From: Macrostomum lignano
Taxonomy: Eukaryota
Length of the DNA: 64,000 nt
Assembly (NCBI GenBank): GCA_002269645.1
Contig: NIVC01001451.1
Location: forward strand, 124,001 to 188,000
Direction: 5' to 3'
The notes under the pieces were generated by a model. That model did not search any database. It saw only the letters and a list, made by a program, of their open reading frames with translations, and was not told the origin of the DNA. The translations under genes and the position numbers were made by a program. Below, piece by piece: positions 23,992 to 37,700 of the stretch (within the stretch, counting starts at the first letter, position 1; each line of letters begins with the position of its first letter).

Positions 23992-26964
23992 AAATTGTGG
24001 TTGACAAGGGATAAGTTGCAAATTTGAGTTGACCAAAAACAGAAAAACATAAGAACCAAGAAAGAAAGGCAAGAGGAAAGAGAAAAAGAAAAAAGCAGTT
24101 CAGGGAAGTAAAAATGGTGAAGCAAAAGAAAAAAGTCACAAAAGAAGCAAACTAAGTTGCAAAAAGAACCAGGTAAGTCGCAAAACTAAGTTGCATTTTT
24201 GGTCAAAACTAAGTTGCACAGCCAGCATAATTTCAGAGGTTGTGCATGTATGATTACTAATCATAACAAAAATCTTTATTTTTATAATAATTAATGCTAA
24301 TTTACAATAGAATAAGTTTGTTTTTAATAATTATTGATATTAAAACTTTATTGATATTAAAAAACAATAAATAATTAAAATAGTTCAAAAAGACAAAAGC
24401 TAACTATAATAAGTCACACATTTTGACAGCAATATGTTATCTAATAGACATTGACAATACCTATCTACTTATCTAGATCAGTCTAAATAATGGTAAAATA
24501 TTAGAATAAAAAATTCATATTGACAAATTTAAGAAAAGCTGTCTTTTTAAACACTGATTATTTTGTTTATATATTACAATTTATTATTATTAACTTAAAT
24601 TATTTGTCAATAAAATAAATACTGAATAAAAAAATAATAAACTATCCAATTATTGAAACATGGTCATCCATTAAAATACACTGACTTGATAGTTACAATT
24701 AAAATTGTCTTCCAAAACTTCTTCTTCTTCTAAAATATTCAAATAGAATATAATGTGTTATTTATTTATCTAATGTATTTATCTAGACTATATTTATCTA
24801 AAATATTATCTTACTTATCTTATTATAAATTTTTATATAATTTGCAAGTCTTACAATAAAAAGGTTTTACAAAATTATGAAAGATATAAAAAAATCTTTT
24901 TAAAAGTCATTTTGTCGACCAGCTAATGAAAATGTGGCAAATGAAATAAACCATTATTTACCATTCTATAGGGCCTATCTATACTAAGATTCTTAATGAG
25001 GGCAAAGGGCAAAAATATATTAGAATTTTAAGGCTTAACGGCTACTTTTTAGACTATGGAGAGACGAGAGTGGCCAAGGATCAAAGTCTAATAGTTACTA
25101 TGCTATATGCAAGATAAATGTATAAGCATGCCAGAAAAGCACTATCTCAAAGATAAATTTTGCTAAAATCATAGAAACAAAAGGCTTATGTTGACAAAAA
25201 CTATTTAAATATTGTTGCTTTATATAAGCAGTTAAAAAGTAAGATTAGGCCTTAAATGAAGTCAATTCAATATATCTATAAATAATTTGCCTGTCAACAT
25301 TGCAAGAATTAAAGTTCTACATTTCTGAGGCTTATTTAGGCTAAAGCTCATACTCCCTCATACATAGCCATATCAGATCAGTTTTCTTAGCCTTAAATTT
25401 TTTGTCCTCAAACCATTAGACACATGCGGATACAAGACGGGTAATTTGTTATCGTTTGCAATTTGCTGAGTACTGTACAGCGAGCTTCAATTCCATTATT
25501 CCAGTTAGACTTCCAGTTAGTCGATAAGTCAAGTGCAGTGCATCAAGATTCAAGTGAAATAATAAATAATAGTGTTAGTGATAGGCGAAATAAATGTCAA
25601 AACAGTATGTGCTAAATTTCTTTGAGAGTATAAATAATATTAATAAATGCCTGCTATGTATTGTTACAAACAAAAACATGACTTTAGGCTTTAGCAGTGA
25701 TTCTACACAGGCCCAGGAATAAACAACTTTTTTGTTAAATCAAAATTTCGCCAGATATGGCACCATCGATCTAAAAGTGGGCGTGTCGCAAAAAATGTTT
25801 TATAAATCAAAGAAAAGCATACTAAAATTATCTTCACAAAACTTAAATTTTAGATGAGTGCTGATTATTAAAAATTTAAAAACAAAAAGGTTGTTTTTGT
25901 TTTTCTGTTTAAATCAATCCGAACCCGTCCGACTTTTTCAAGCGTGAATTTTGACTGAGCGAATCAATATCGTACCGTAGCGTATAAAGCATGAATAAAG
26001 ACTCTAGAAAAGCATGAATAAGTTTGGTAATTGATTTTGATGATCTCTTAATTAGGCCAAAGTTAATTCATACATGGTAACTCTCAGATAGTTTTTACGA
26101 TGGTGATAAAAATTAATAAATAATTATATACCCAGATTTTTTGTCAGGAGCTAATTCGCGGATTTTCTATTATCACTACATCTGTCTGAAGAAAAGAAAT
26201 GCTCAAATTTCCACGAGTGAGTTGCAGTATCACAGCGCACGATTTCACAGCATTATTTCCAGTGTATATTCACCATATTAGGGTTCGATCGTATATCCTG
26301 TTAGTACATGCACATTTCCTTGTTTAGGGGACGCCTACCAACAATTCAAAAGACTTTAATTTATTATAGTACAATAGTACAATACTAACAGTTCTAACTC
26401 GCGCGGAATGGTTTGCGTGTCAGATCAAACGTTGGTGTATAATTTATTTATGGGTATAAAACAGCCATGAATTGTATTTTAAAGCACTCATGCAATTGTA
26501 TTGCGATTAAAAACATAAACCAAAAGGAACAGGGCCAAAACAGCATAACTCACTATAATTGTATACCCTGAAATGGACCGCTTTAACAGTTAAAATTAGC
26601 GGTAAGATGTTCAAAAAGGAAAATTTAAAAGCTAGAAATTTTTAATATTTAGGATTAGCTGACCTCTAAAACAGATTAATATACAGCGCTCAGCGCATTC
26701 TTTAACGGCCTTCAAAACTCTGATTTATTGGTCTTTTGTTATTACGAGTATTTAAATGTAATAACTAAAAATAGTCGATATCTAAAGAAAGTAACTAATT
26801 TTGAATGATCGTGTAGACAGCTTCTTAAAAATAGTAGAAGTGAACAGTCTTAGAAATTGTTTCACAGAAAAATGTTCATGGATATTAGAGTTCCCTGGAA
26901 ATAGGAGCGTAGCATGTTATACATGTACTCTAATAAGCAAACCATTTCTAAGAAACCGTACGCC

Positions 26965-29088
26965 TCATATCGCCACCCGGCCGTGCGCAGACATAACCGA
27001 GTGTCCGGTGAGCGCCACCCGGCCACGGCCGGCGTCCACACGGAGCCGCAGCACCCCGCCCCGCCGGCTGCACTGCTTGGCCAGCATCTCGTCCCGGCCG
27101 CCGAGTTTGGCCCGCCAATAGGCCGCCAGAACCGTGTGAGCAGCCCCGGTCACCGGGTCCTCCGGGATGCCGACCCAGGGAGCGAAGTAGCGCGACAGAA
27201 AGTCGAATTCTCCGCTGTCTGGCGAAATATTTTGGGAGTTGCTGTTTGGTTTGTAAAAGACGGCACTGCACGTATGACTGATGCTATGAGCCAATATTAG
27301 CGAAACTATGAGCAACATGTGACCCATGCAATCAGAAAAACTATGAGCAATTTTGACAAATACTATGAGGAATGAGCAACACTTTGACTGACCCCATGAC
27401 CGACACTATGACCGACACTATGAGCAACACTATGACCGACACTATGAGCAACACTATGACCGACACCATAAGCAACACTATGACCGAAACTATAAGCAAC
27501 ACTATGACCGAAACTATGAGCAACACTATGACCGGCACTATAACCGCCCTATGCGCAACACTGTCAGTCCCTCGAAAGGATCATTCACCATCTCCATCCC
27601 GCTCTCGAAACCCCTCGCCGCTGACGGTGACAATCACCCCGCGAATCCGCTGCCCTGTTGGCGCCGCGGCCACCATGGCGGCAGTGTCGGGCCGGAGCCG
27701 CAGAAACTGGTCACGCGCCTCGGGTTTCAGTTCAATGAGCAGCTTCTGCCGGTCAGGCGAATGGGCCAGGCTCAGGACGGAGTTGACTCCGAGTTCGTCG
27801 CCGAGAGCAGACTCCAGCAGTGCGGCCGAAGCGTCTCGATCGCCCATAGCGATTGGCTCCACGGTGCCCAGCGGGAAGTCCAGGCTCCACTGCCCTGTGG
27901 CGGCGTCTCTGCCACATATTTTTTCGGGGGGAGGGGGGTAGCCGGATAGGGATGACTCGAAATGACACGGTGCGTACATTGCTGTCCTGGCTTTTTTCAG
28001 AAATTACAAGCCTGAACTTTGGGATTTGAACATCCGCATACGTGAAGACTGCGGTGCGGCGATGGGCAGATCGAAGCGTAGAGCGAAGAGTAGAGTGGAG
28101 GGTATAGCCGAGGGTAGAGTGGAGGGTAGAGTGGAGGGAGAGTGGAGGGAGAGTGGAGGGAAAGAGTGGAGGGTAGAGGGGAGGGTAGAGGGGAGGGTAG
28201 AGGAAGGAGATTAGAAAGTAGAGTGGAAGGAGAGTGAAGGGAGAGTGGGGAGAGTGGAGGGTAGAATGGAGGGTAGAGTGGAGGGTAGAATGGAGGGTAG
28301 AGTGGAGGGAGAATGGAGGGTAGATTGGAGGGTAGAGTGGAGGGTAAAGTTGAGGGAGAGCGGAGGTTAGAATGGAGGGTAGAGTGGAGGGTAGAATGGA
28401 GGGTAGAGTGGAGGGAGAATGGATGGAGAATGGAGGGTAGAATGGAGGGTAGAGTGGAGGGTAGAATGGAGGGTAGAGTGGAGGGAGAATGGAGGGTAGA
28501 ATGGAGGGTAGAGTGGAGGGTAGAATGGAGGGTAGAGTGGAGGGTGAATGGAGGATAGAGCGGAGGGTAGAGCGGAGGGTAGAGCGGAGGGTAGAATGGA
28601 GGGTAGAGCGGAGGGTGAAACGGAGGGAGCGGAGGACAAATTGAGGGGGAAGTGGAGGGTACAGCGGAGAGCAGAGCGAAGGACAGACCAACACCGCACG
28701 ACAACAAGCTGGCCCCAGCACCTGGTCACTGGCAGCAGGCCGCTCATAGTGTCGAACTCGAGTCGGTCGCAGTCGCGGCCGCTGGCCCGCAGGTGCAGGT
28801 GCACGGCGGTGGCCGCGGCCAGGGTGGCGTGACCGCACAGCGCCACCTCGCACTTCGGAGTGAACCAGCGCAGCGGGACGGGCCGGTCGGGGGCAGCGGA
28901 GCCGGAGGCAAGGAAGACGAAGGCGGTCTCAGACAGGTTGAACTCAGCGGCAACGGACTGCATGTCGGAGTCGCTGAGCAGCGGCTCAGGCGTCAGGAGC
29001 ACCACAGCCGCGGGTTCCCCCGTCGGAGGCGCTTCGTGAAAGCGTCCACGATGTAGAACGGGTAGTCAGCGGCTGGCTGAGTTGCCAT
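26965..29088 (-). CDS. PBLD: Phenazine biosynthesis-like (PhzF/PBLD family) epimerase; three exons, apparent 1-bp deletion in exon 1
   Basis: Exons 28722-29088 (FYIVDAFT...GNP[A]AVV; AEFNLSETAF; RWFTPKCEVALCGHATLA), 27589-27908 (SLDFP...GVIVT), 26965-27218 (FDFLSRYFAPWVGIPEDPVTGAAH). The ATG at 29088 is out of frame with the downstream exon-1 sequence by one base, near AACCCGCGG (about 29010-29016). Confidence 0.88.
27372..27545. repeat. 12/24 bp minisatellite ATGAGCAACACT/ATGACCGACACT (PBLD intron 2)
   Basis: Tandem copies visible. Confidence 0.9.
28078..28680. repeat. Purine-rich 12 bp minisatellite GAGTGGAGGGTA / GAATGGAGGGTA (PBLD intron 1)
   Basis: Tandem copies visible. Confidence 0.9.
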
Positions 29089-29199
29089 GGTTACGGGCTG
29101 AAATGCGCAGCAGAATCCATGCAGCAGCTGAGCATATTAAGAGCCTTGTGACGAAATCCGCTTTAATCGATAAGCATGTTTTGTTTCACTGATTTATGA

Positions 29200-29540
29200 T
29201 AGCGAGGCTGGTTAAGTGGCTCAAATCACTCTCACCCTTGGTATAACGAGGTCGATTAAAGCGGCTCTAATTACTCCCTCACCTCCATGAGAGTGAGGCA
29301 GTTTAGTTGGCTGTAATTACACTCACCTGGTTAAGTGGCTCCAATCACTCTCACCTTTTAAGATAATGAGGCTGGTAAAGTGACTCTAATTACTCTCTCA
29401 CCTTTATGATATTGGGCTGGTAAAGTGGCTCTAATTACTCTCTCACCTTTATGATAGTGAGGCTGGTAAAGTGGCTCTAATTACTCTCTCACCTTTATGA
29501 TAGTGAGGCTGGTAAAGTGACTCTAATTACTCTCTCAGCG
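29200..29540. repeat. ~46 bp degenerate repeat GAGGCTGGTAAAGTGGCTCTAATTACTCTCTCACCTTTATGATAGT
   Basis: About 6-7 imperfect tandem copies. Confidence 0.8.
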
Positions 29541-31049
29541 GTAAGATAATAAAGCGACTTCTAAAGCTCCGTTGGGGGTGTAATTTATGACAAGGATTTA
29601 CTGATAAACGATGGCTAAGCTCAATAAGAAGTGCTCATTTGAACGAAGTGAATCACAATTACTCTTATATAATTAGCCTAAAAGTACATTTGATAAACAC
29701 CAGCACTTGATAGACAAAGAACGATAAGTCAATTGAAGTCAGTCTGGTAGCAGGAATTTCATTTTTATAATCATGATTGAAGCTTAAAGCGTTGCTATAT
29801 TTTATCGTAACTCAGAGGGCTTCAGCAGACAGACAGATAGACAGACAGAGTAAGTCTATAAAATTACTTGTGTGACCAATATGGGTGGACAAAACATTCT
29901 AAACATTGGTGAATAAAAACTTGACTGACAAAAGTTGTAAACTTATTGCACTATTTGGGTAAAAATCTTAATAAATGAATGCATGCACGATAAAAGTGTC
30001 TAATTAAAACAATCAATTTTCAAAGGTAAAGCTACAACTTCAGTAGAATGAAAATTTAATCAACAGAAAAAATTGAAAAACACAAAAACAATATTTATTG
30101 CACTTTTATTTAAAAATCGAGGAAATCAAATCGTTTTGTTTTCATTTCTAAATGAAATTTTATCGTCGCTACTAACAGTAGCATTTCGAGAATCAAGCAG
30201 AGTTAATTGGAATTCTAGGAAAGTATAAACTACATAAGTACAATACAAGTATTCTATGCATGGTATATGCGGTGTAGAGTACATCACCAGCAGATTTGGG
30301 CACAAGGCTTCAGATAAAACACACCGAGACAGACGAAGCAAGCCAAAGCTTTCTAGGAAATTTCCTAAATCGTTTTTCCGGATTTTATATATTTAAACAA
30401 ACAGAACAGCACAAAATTTTATTAATTTTTATGCATTTTACAACTTTCAAAGTAAAGTAGACGCAAGCGCACAATTGTGCTACTAACAGTAGGAGGCTAA
30501 AATTCGTTTGAGTGGTTAACTAGAAAAAATTGCTGTTTCATAGAAATTACAGTCGAAGGCAAGGAGGAAAACACGAGAGGTCTCACTTGGATGTTCGTTG
30601 CTATCATTGAAAAAGAGGATGTATATGCATATACTACTAATATAATTAATATGGCAAAGTAGCTAAGAAAGCAAAATGTTTGAATTTATATTTTTTCTGC
30701 ACTATTCTGAGATTCGAAATATCCACAGCGGTTGCTCAGGGTTCGGACAGCAGTCTTAGACGAAACAAACACACAAAGCAGAGGAGATGTAAATAAAAAT
30801 CTACAGTCGCATTGAACAATATTGCAATGGAAAAAACGAAGGTCGAAAATCCTCAAAGCGTATTTACCTTCACTGAATCAGAAAATCTGCTCGGCAAACA
30901 CCTGTCAGACTAAAACAATCACATTAAACGGCTTCAAAACCAAAAAACCTAGCGTTGGTTGCAATTTTTGTTGATGCTTGCGAAATTAAAAAGGATGGAT
31001 CACGTGACCTGTTAGTGAAACACTAAAAACAATGGGCCACTGGACAATA

Positions 31050-31700
31050 TCTTTACAACGACCTTGTAGGAACTCCTTAGATAACGCAGTCAAAATAACC
31101 TTGGGGGGACCTTCGATCGTCTTGAGGGAACTCCCGAGACCATGCAGCAAAATAACCTTGGGGGAAATCCCGAGATCACGCAGTCAAAACGACCTTGAAG
31201 GGATCCCAAGACTATGCAGGCAAAACGACCTTGAGGGAACTCCCGTGACAATATAGTCTAAATTATGACCTTGGGGAACTCACGGAGTCAAAACGACCTT
31301 GAGAGAACTCCCGAGACTATGCAGTCAAAATGACCTTAGGGAACTCCCTAGACTATGTCCAAAACGACCTTGAGGGAACTCCTAGACTATGAAGTCAAAA
31401 CGAAGTTGAGAAAACTCTCAAGACTACGAGCGTAAGCAGACAAAACGACCTAAATGGAATTTCCGAGACTATGCAGTCAAAACGACTTTAGGGAACTCCC
31501 GTGACCATTTAGGCTAAATTATGACCTTGGGGAACTCACGGAGTCAAAACGAACTCCCGAGACTATGCAGTCAAAACGACCTTGGGGAACCCCCGTGACC
31601 ATATAGGCTAAATGACCTTGGGGAAAATCCCGAGATCACACAGTCAAAAAGATCTTGAGGGAACTCCTGAAACCATGCAGTCAAAATAACCTTAAGGACC
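31050..31700. repeat. ~37 bp degenerate repeat GGGAACTCCCGAGACTATGCAGTCAAAACGACCTTGA
   Basis: Imperfect tandem copies just downstream of the EML stop codon. Confidence 0.8.
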
Positions 31701-31772
31701 TCTTGTTTACGCAATCTTGACAGCAATAAAAGTCGCGGAACATCCTCAAAACGCCATCCATGCAGACAGTTT

Positions 31773-34700
31773 TCACAGAATCTCCCACTGCAACACCGCG
31801 GAGTCGCGCCCGCCAGCGGACAGCAGCCTGGAGTCGTCGCGCAGGAAGCGCACATTAGTCACGTGACTCGAATGGCCGCCGTAGGCGTGGCTTCGCGACT
31901 TGGCCTGATAGCAGGGATGCCTGAACAGACACACCTGGCCGAAGTCGTCTCCACTGGCTAGCAGGCTGTGGCCGGAGTTCCGATCGCACGCGTTGACATC
32001 GGTGCCGTCGGCCCCCTCCGGCCAGATGCCGGCAGTGTGGAAGGTCAGGGTGCAGCGCTGGGTAGCCCAGGCCACGTCGCGCAGGGTGGCCGCCGCGGGC
32101 ACCTGGCGGCAGTTGGCGGCGGTCCAGAACAGCAGCTCGTGGTCGCCGGAGTTCGAGCGCAGGCTGGTACCATCGACCGACCAGTCCAGGTGGGTAACGA
32201 ATGACGAATGGCCGCAGCATTTGCCAACACGGGAGTACTTGCGGCCGGCCTCGGAGCAGGAGTACACGTACAGGTAGTTGTCGCGGGAGCCCAGGGCGAG
32301 CATGGAGCCGTCTGGCGAGGCGGTGGGGGCAGTAGATAAGCGCCAATTGAAGCAGGAATAGGGGTAGATAAGCGCCTATTAAATCAGCAGGAATAGGGGT
32401 TGATAAGCGCCAATTAAATCAGGAATAGGGGGTAGATAAGCGCCAATTAAATCAGGAATAGGGGGTAGATAAGCGCTAATTAAATCAGCAGGGATAGGGG
32501 TAGATAAGCGCCAATTAAATCAGCAGGGATAGGGGTAGATAAGCGCATATTAAATCAGCAGGAATAGGGGGTAGATAAGCGCCAATTAAATCAGCAGGAA
32601 TAGGGGTAGATAAGCGCCAATTAAATCAGTAGGAATAGGGGTAGATAAGCGCCAATTAAATCAGCAGGAATAGGGGTTGATAAGCGCCAATTAAATCAGC
32701 AGGGATAGGGGTAAATAAGCGCCAATTAAATCAGGAATAGGGGGTAGATAAGCGCCAATTAAATCAGCAGGAATAGGGGTAGATAAGCGCCAATTAAATC
32801 AACAGGAATAGGGGTTCATAAGCGCCAATTAAATCAGCAGGAATAGGGGTAGATAAGCGCCAATTAAATCAACAGGAATAGGGGTAGATAAGCGCCAATT
32901 AAATCAGCAGGAATAGGGGTAGATAAGCGCCAATTAAATCAACAGGAATAGTTGTAGATAAGCGCCAATTAAATCAGCAGGAATAGGGGTAGATAAGCGC
33001 CAATTAAATCAGCAGTAAATCAACAGGAATAGGGGTAGATAAGCGCCAATTAAATCAGCAGTAAATCAACAGGAATAGGGGTAGATAAGCGCCAATTAAA
33101 TCAGCAGGGATAGGGGTAGATAAGCGCCAATTAAATCAGCAGGGATAGGGGTAGATACCATGGTAAGCGCCAATTAAATCGACAGGGATAGGGGTAGATA
33201 AGCGCCAATTAAATCAACAGGGATAGGGGTAGATAAGCGCATATTAAATCAGCAGGAATAGGGGTAGATAAGCGCCAATTAAATCAGCAGGAATAGGGGT
33301 AGATAAGCGCCAATTAAATCAGCAGGGATAGGGGTAGATAAGCGCCAATTAAATCAGCAGGGATAGGGGTAGATACCATGGTAAGCGCCAATTAAATCAA
33401 CAGGGATAGGGGTAGATAAGCGCCTATTAAATCAGCAGGGATAGGGGTAGATAAGCGTCAATTAAATCAACAGGGATAGGGGTAGATAAGCGCCAATTAA
33501 ATCAGCAGGGATAGGGGTAGATAAGCGCCTATTAAATCAGCAGGAATAGGGGTAGATAAGCGCCAATTAAATCAGCAGGGATAGGGGTAGATAAGCGCCA
33601 ATTATATCAGCAGGGATAGGGGTAGATAAGCGCCTATTAAATCAGCAGGAATAGGGGTAGATAAGCGCCAATTATCACTAGCAACACTCACCGGGCGAGA
33701 ACTCCATGCACTCAATCTGCTCATTGCCGTCAGTGTGCACAGCCACAATGTCGCGCCGCTGCGCATCCAGCACGTACCAGCGGCCGGTCTGGCAGCCCAC
33801 AGCCAGAGTCTCGCCGCTGGGATGAAAGCAGGCACAATGGGCCGGGTCGTTCAGCTCTTTGCTCCACACAACCTGATGGGTGAGCGCGTCCCACAAGTAG
33901 ATCCATTTGTCGTAGGCGCAGGTGGCGAACTGCAGCTGGCTTGGGTGGCAGGCCAGGCCCCACAGCTCCTCGACGTGGCCCTCCACAATGGGAGAGAAGT
34001 CCAGGTTGAAGGAGCCCTGCAAGGCGATCGATCGCAACCCTTAGCAATAGGATGCTTTAATTCAGAAATAAAAGTGTCCGTGTTCACCAACACCATCCTG
34101 TTCACCAACACCATCCTGTTCACGAACACCATCCTGTTCACCAACACCATCCTGTTCACGAACACCATCCTGTTCACCAACACCATCCTGTTCACGAACA
34201 CCATCCTGTTCACCAACACCATCCTATTCACCAACACCATCCTGTTCACGAACACCATCCTGTTCACCAACACCATCCTGTTCACGAACACCATCCTGTT
34301 CACCAACATCATCCTATTCACCAACACCATCCTGTACACCAACACCATCCCGTTTACCAACATCATCCTGTTTCTAACACACCATTATGAGCATGTAAAT
34401 CCATTGTGAAAACTCCTAGCAGAACTCACCTGCAGAATGCAATTCCTAGTGGTGCCAACCAGTACAACACTGCCGGGCCCCTGTGACAGAGTCCTGATTG
34501 GTCCGTACTGCTCGGGGATGGCAGCCTCCGAGCCAGTTCGGCTGTAAGTGGCGTCCCACTGCACCAGGCGGCGGTCCTTGCCGCCCGACACCAGGTTGTC
34601 GTCCTTTAGCACGCACAGGCTGAAAATGCCGCCCTCGTGAGCGCCAGTGACAGCCTGGCTGATTCTGTTCCCGCCCCGGGCCCAGACCAGGATGTTGCCG

Positions 34701-37700
34701 TTGGAGTCGCCCGTGATCAAGTCGCCATTTTGTGCGAATGTTAAGCAGAGAACAAATTTTGGCTTCTCGTGTTTCTGCGCGAAATATTGGTTATAAAAGC
34801 AGTTATCAATTTATTCTCGCTCGAGTCAGAACTGTTTCTATTGGCTAGGAACTCGACGTTTACCTAGAACTGTTCCTATTGGCTGAGAAATCATTCCTGA
34901 GCTAGAGCTGTTCCTATTGGCTGGAAAGTCGACCTTGAGCTAGAACCTTTCTATTGGCTGAGAAATAATCCCTGAGCTAGAACTGTTCCAATTGGCTAAG
35001 AAATCATCCCTCGGCTAGAGCTGTTCCTATTGGCTGAGAAGTCGACCTTCAGCTAGAACTGTTCTTATTGGCTGAGAAATCATCCCTGAGCTGTTCCACT
35101 GTTCCAATTGGCTGCTAATGCGATCGATCTTCAAGTACAAACAGTTTATAGCCTAACAAAAACTCAAAAAAGCGAGAAGAAACATGCGACTGTTTTGTGT
35201 TTTACCTCAAAAATTCCATTCTTCTTAGACAGCTGACCGCCCTCTATAGTCCAGAAGGTGAGCTGGTTCTTGCCGCAGGTCACAATACTGCCATTATCTA
35301 ACGGGTGGTACTCGCAGGCTAGCACAGGATCGCCAGAAGTCTTTGTCTCGGCCAGCTTGTGCGGCTTGCGCCAGTCCCAAACGGAGATCATGTGCTCGTT
35401 GGACTCGTCTACGGCGCAGAGAAAATTGCCGCCGTCGGCTCGGCTGAAGGCCAGGCAGCACACGGCCCGCTCGAAGTCTCCGAGGCCGAGCACGTGCATG
35501 GTGGTCAGGTCCACGCTGTTCCACACTCGGACGTGTGGCTGCCGGAATCCGAGCAGTTGTTGAGGGGTTGGTGAGTCTCATTGTATGATGCCTCATTAGG
35601 TAAGTATTGTACATCAGAGTCGCACTTGATAATTACATTAAGGATTGACTCAATGCATCAGCACACCAATGACTCAATGCATCAGCACACCAATGACTCA
35701 ATGCATCAGCACACCAATGACTCAATGCATCAGCACACCAATGACTCAATGCATCAGCACACCAATGACTCAATGCATCAGCACACCAATGACTCAATGC
35801 ATCAGCACACCAATGACTCAATGCATCAGCACACCAATGACTCAATGCATCAGCACACCAATGACTCAATGCATCAGCACACCAATGACTCATGGATCAG
35901 CACACCAATGACTCATAGATCAGCACACCAATGACTCAATGCATCAGCACACTAATGACTCATAGATCAGCACACCAATGACTCAATGCATCAGCACACT
36001 AATGACTCAATGCATCAGCACACTAATGACTCAATGCATCAGCACACCAATGACTCATGGATCAGCACACCAATGACTCATGGATCAGCACACCAATGAC
36101 TCAATGCATCAGCACACCAATGACTCATGGATCAGCACACCAATGACTCATGCATCAGCACACCAATGACTCATGGATCAGCACACCAATGACTCATGGA
36201 TCAGCACACTAATGACTCAATGCATCAGCACACCAATGACTCATGGATCAGCACACCAATGACTCATAGATCAGCACACCAATGACTCAATGCATCAGCA
36301 CACCAATGACTCAATGCATCAGCAAACTAATGACTCAATGCATCAGCACACCAATGACTCAATGCATCAGCACACCAATGACTCATGGATCAGCACACCA
36401 ATGACTCATGGATCAGCACACCAATGACTCAATGCATCAGCACACCAATGACTCATGGATCAGCACACCAATGACTCATGGATCAGCACACCAATGACTC
36501 ATAGATCAGCACACCAATGACTCAATGCATCAGCACACCAATGACTCAATGCATCAGCACACTAATGACTCAATGCATCAGCACACTAATGACTCAATGC
36601 ATCAGCACACCAATGACTCAATGCATCAGCACACCAATGACTCATGGATCAGCACACCAATGACTCATGGATCAGCACACCAATGACTCATGCATCAGCA
36701 CACCAATGACTCATGGATCAGCACACCAATGACTCATGGATCAGCACACCAATGACTCATGGATCAGCACACCAATGACTCATGGATCAGCACACCAATG
36801 ACTCAATGCATCAGCACACCAATGACTCAATGCATCAGCACACCAATGACTCATGGATCAGCACACCAATGACTCAATGCATCAGCACACCAATGACTCA
36901 ATGCATCAGCACACCAATGACTCATGGATCAGCACACCAATGACTCAATGCATCAGCACACCAATGACTCAATGCATCAGCACACCAATGACTCATGGAT
37001 CAGCACACCAATGACTCATGGATCAGCACACCAATGACTCAATGCATCAGCACACCAATGACTCAATGCATCAGCACACCAATGACTCAATGCATCAGCA
37101 CACCAATGACTCAATGGAATAAGTTATAAATGGCAAAAACGAATCCGAATATTTGAGACGCTACATGCTGCAAATTCAGGAAAATAGGTTTATTAACAAG
37201 CCTAAATATTGTTTTATAGGACGGTGCGAACTTTTGACATATTTGGTGCCGCTTTTACAGAACCGCTGAGCATACACAGGTGTTATCAGCTATCTCTAGA
37301 GCAATATCGGCGCCATCTCTAGAGCAATATCGGCGCCATCTCTAAGAAAAGATCGGCGCCATCTCTTAGACAATATCGGCGCCATCTCTAAGACAATATA
37401 GGCGCCATCTCTAAGAAAAGATCGGCGCCATCTCTAAGACAATATCGGCACCATCTCTAGAGCAATATCGGCGCAATTCCTAGGGCAATATCGGCGTCAT
37501 CTCTAGAGCAATATCGGCGCCATCTCTATGGCAATATCGGCGTCATCTCTAAGACACTATCGGCGCCATCTTTAAGGCAATATCGGCGCCATCTCTAGAG
37601 CATTATCGGTGCCATCTCTAAGACACTATCGGCGTCATCTCTAGAGCAATATCGGCGAAGGCAATATCGGCGCCATGTCTAGGGCAATATCGGCGCCATG

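Noticed and set aside
26965-29088. PhzF-like gene as bacterial contamination or recent HGT
   Set aside because: It has two spliceosomal introns with host-type minisatellites, and animals carry the PBLD orthologue.
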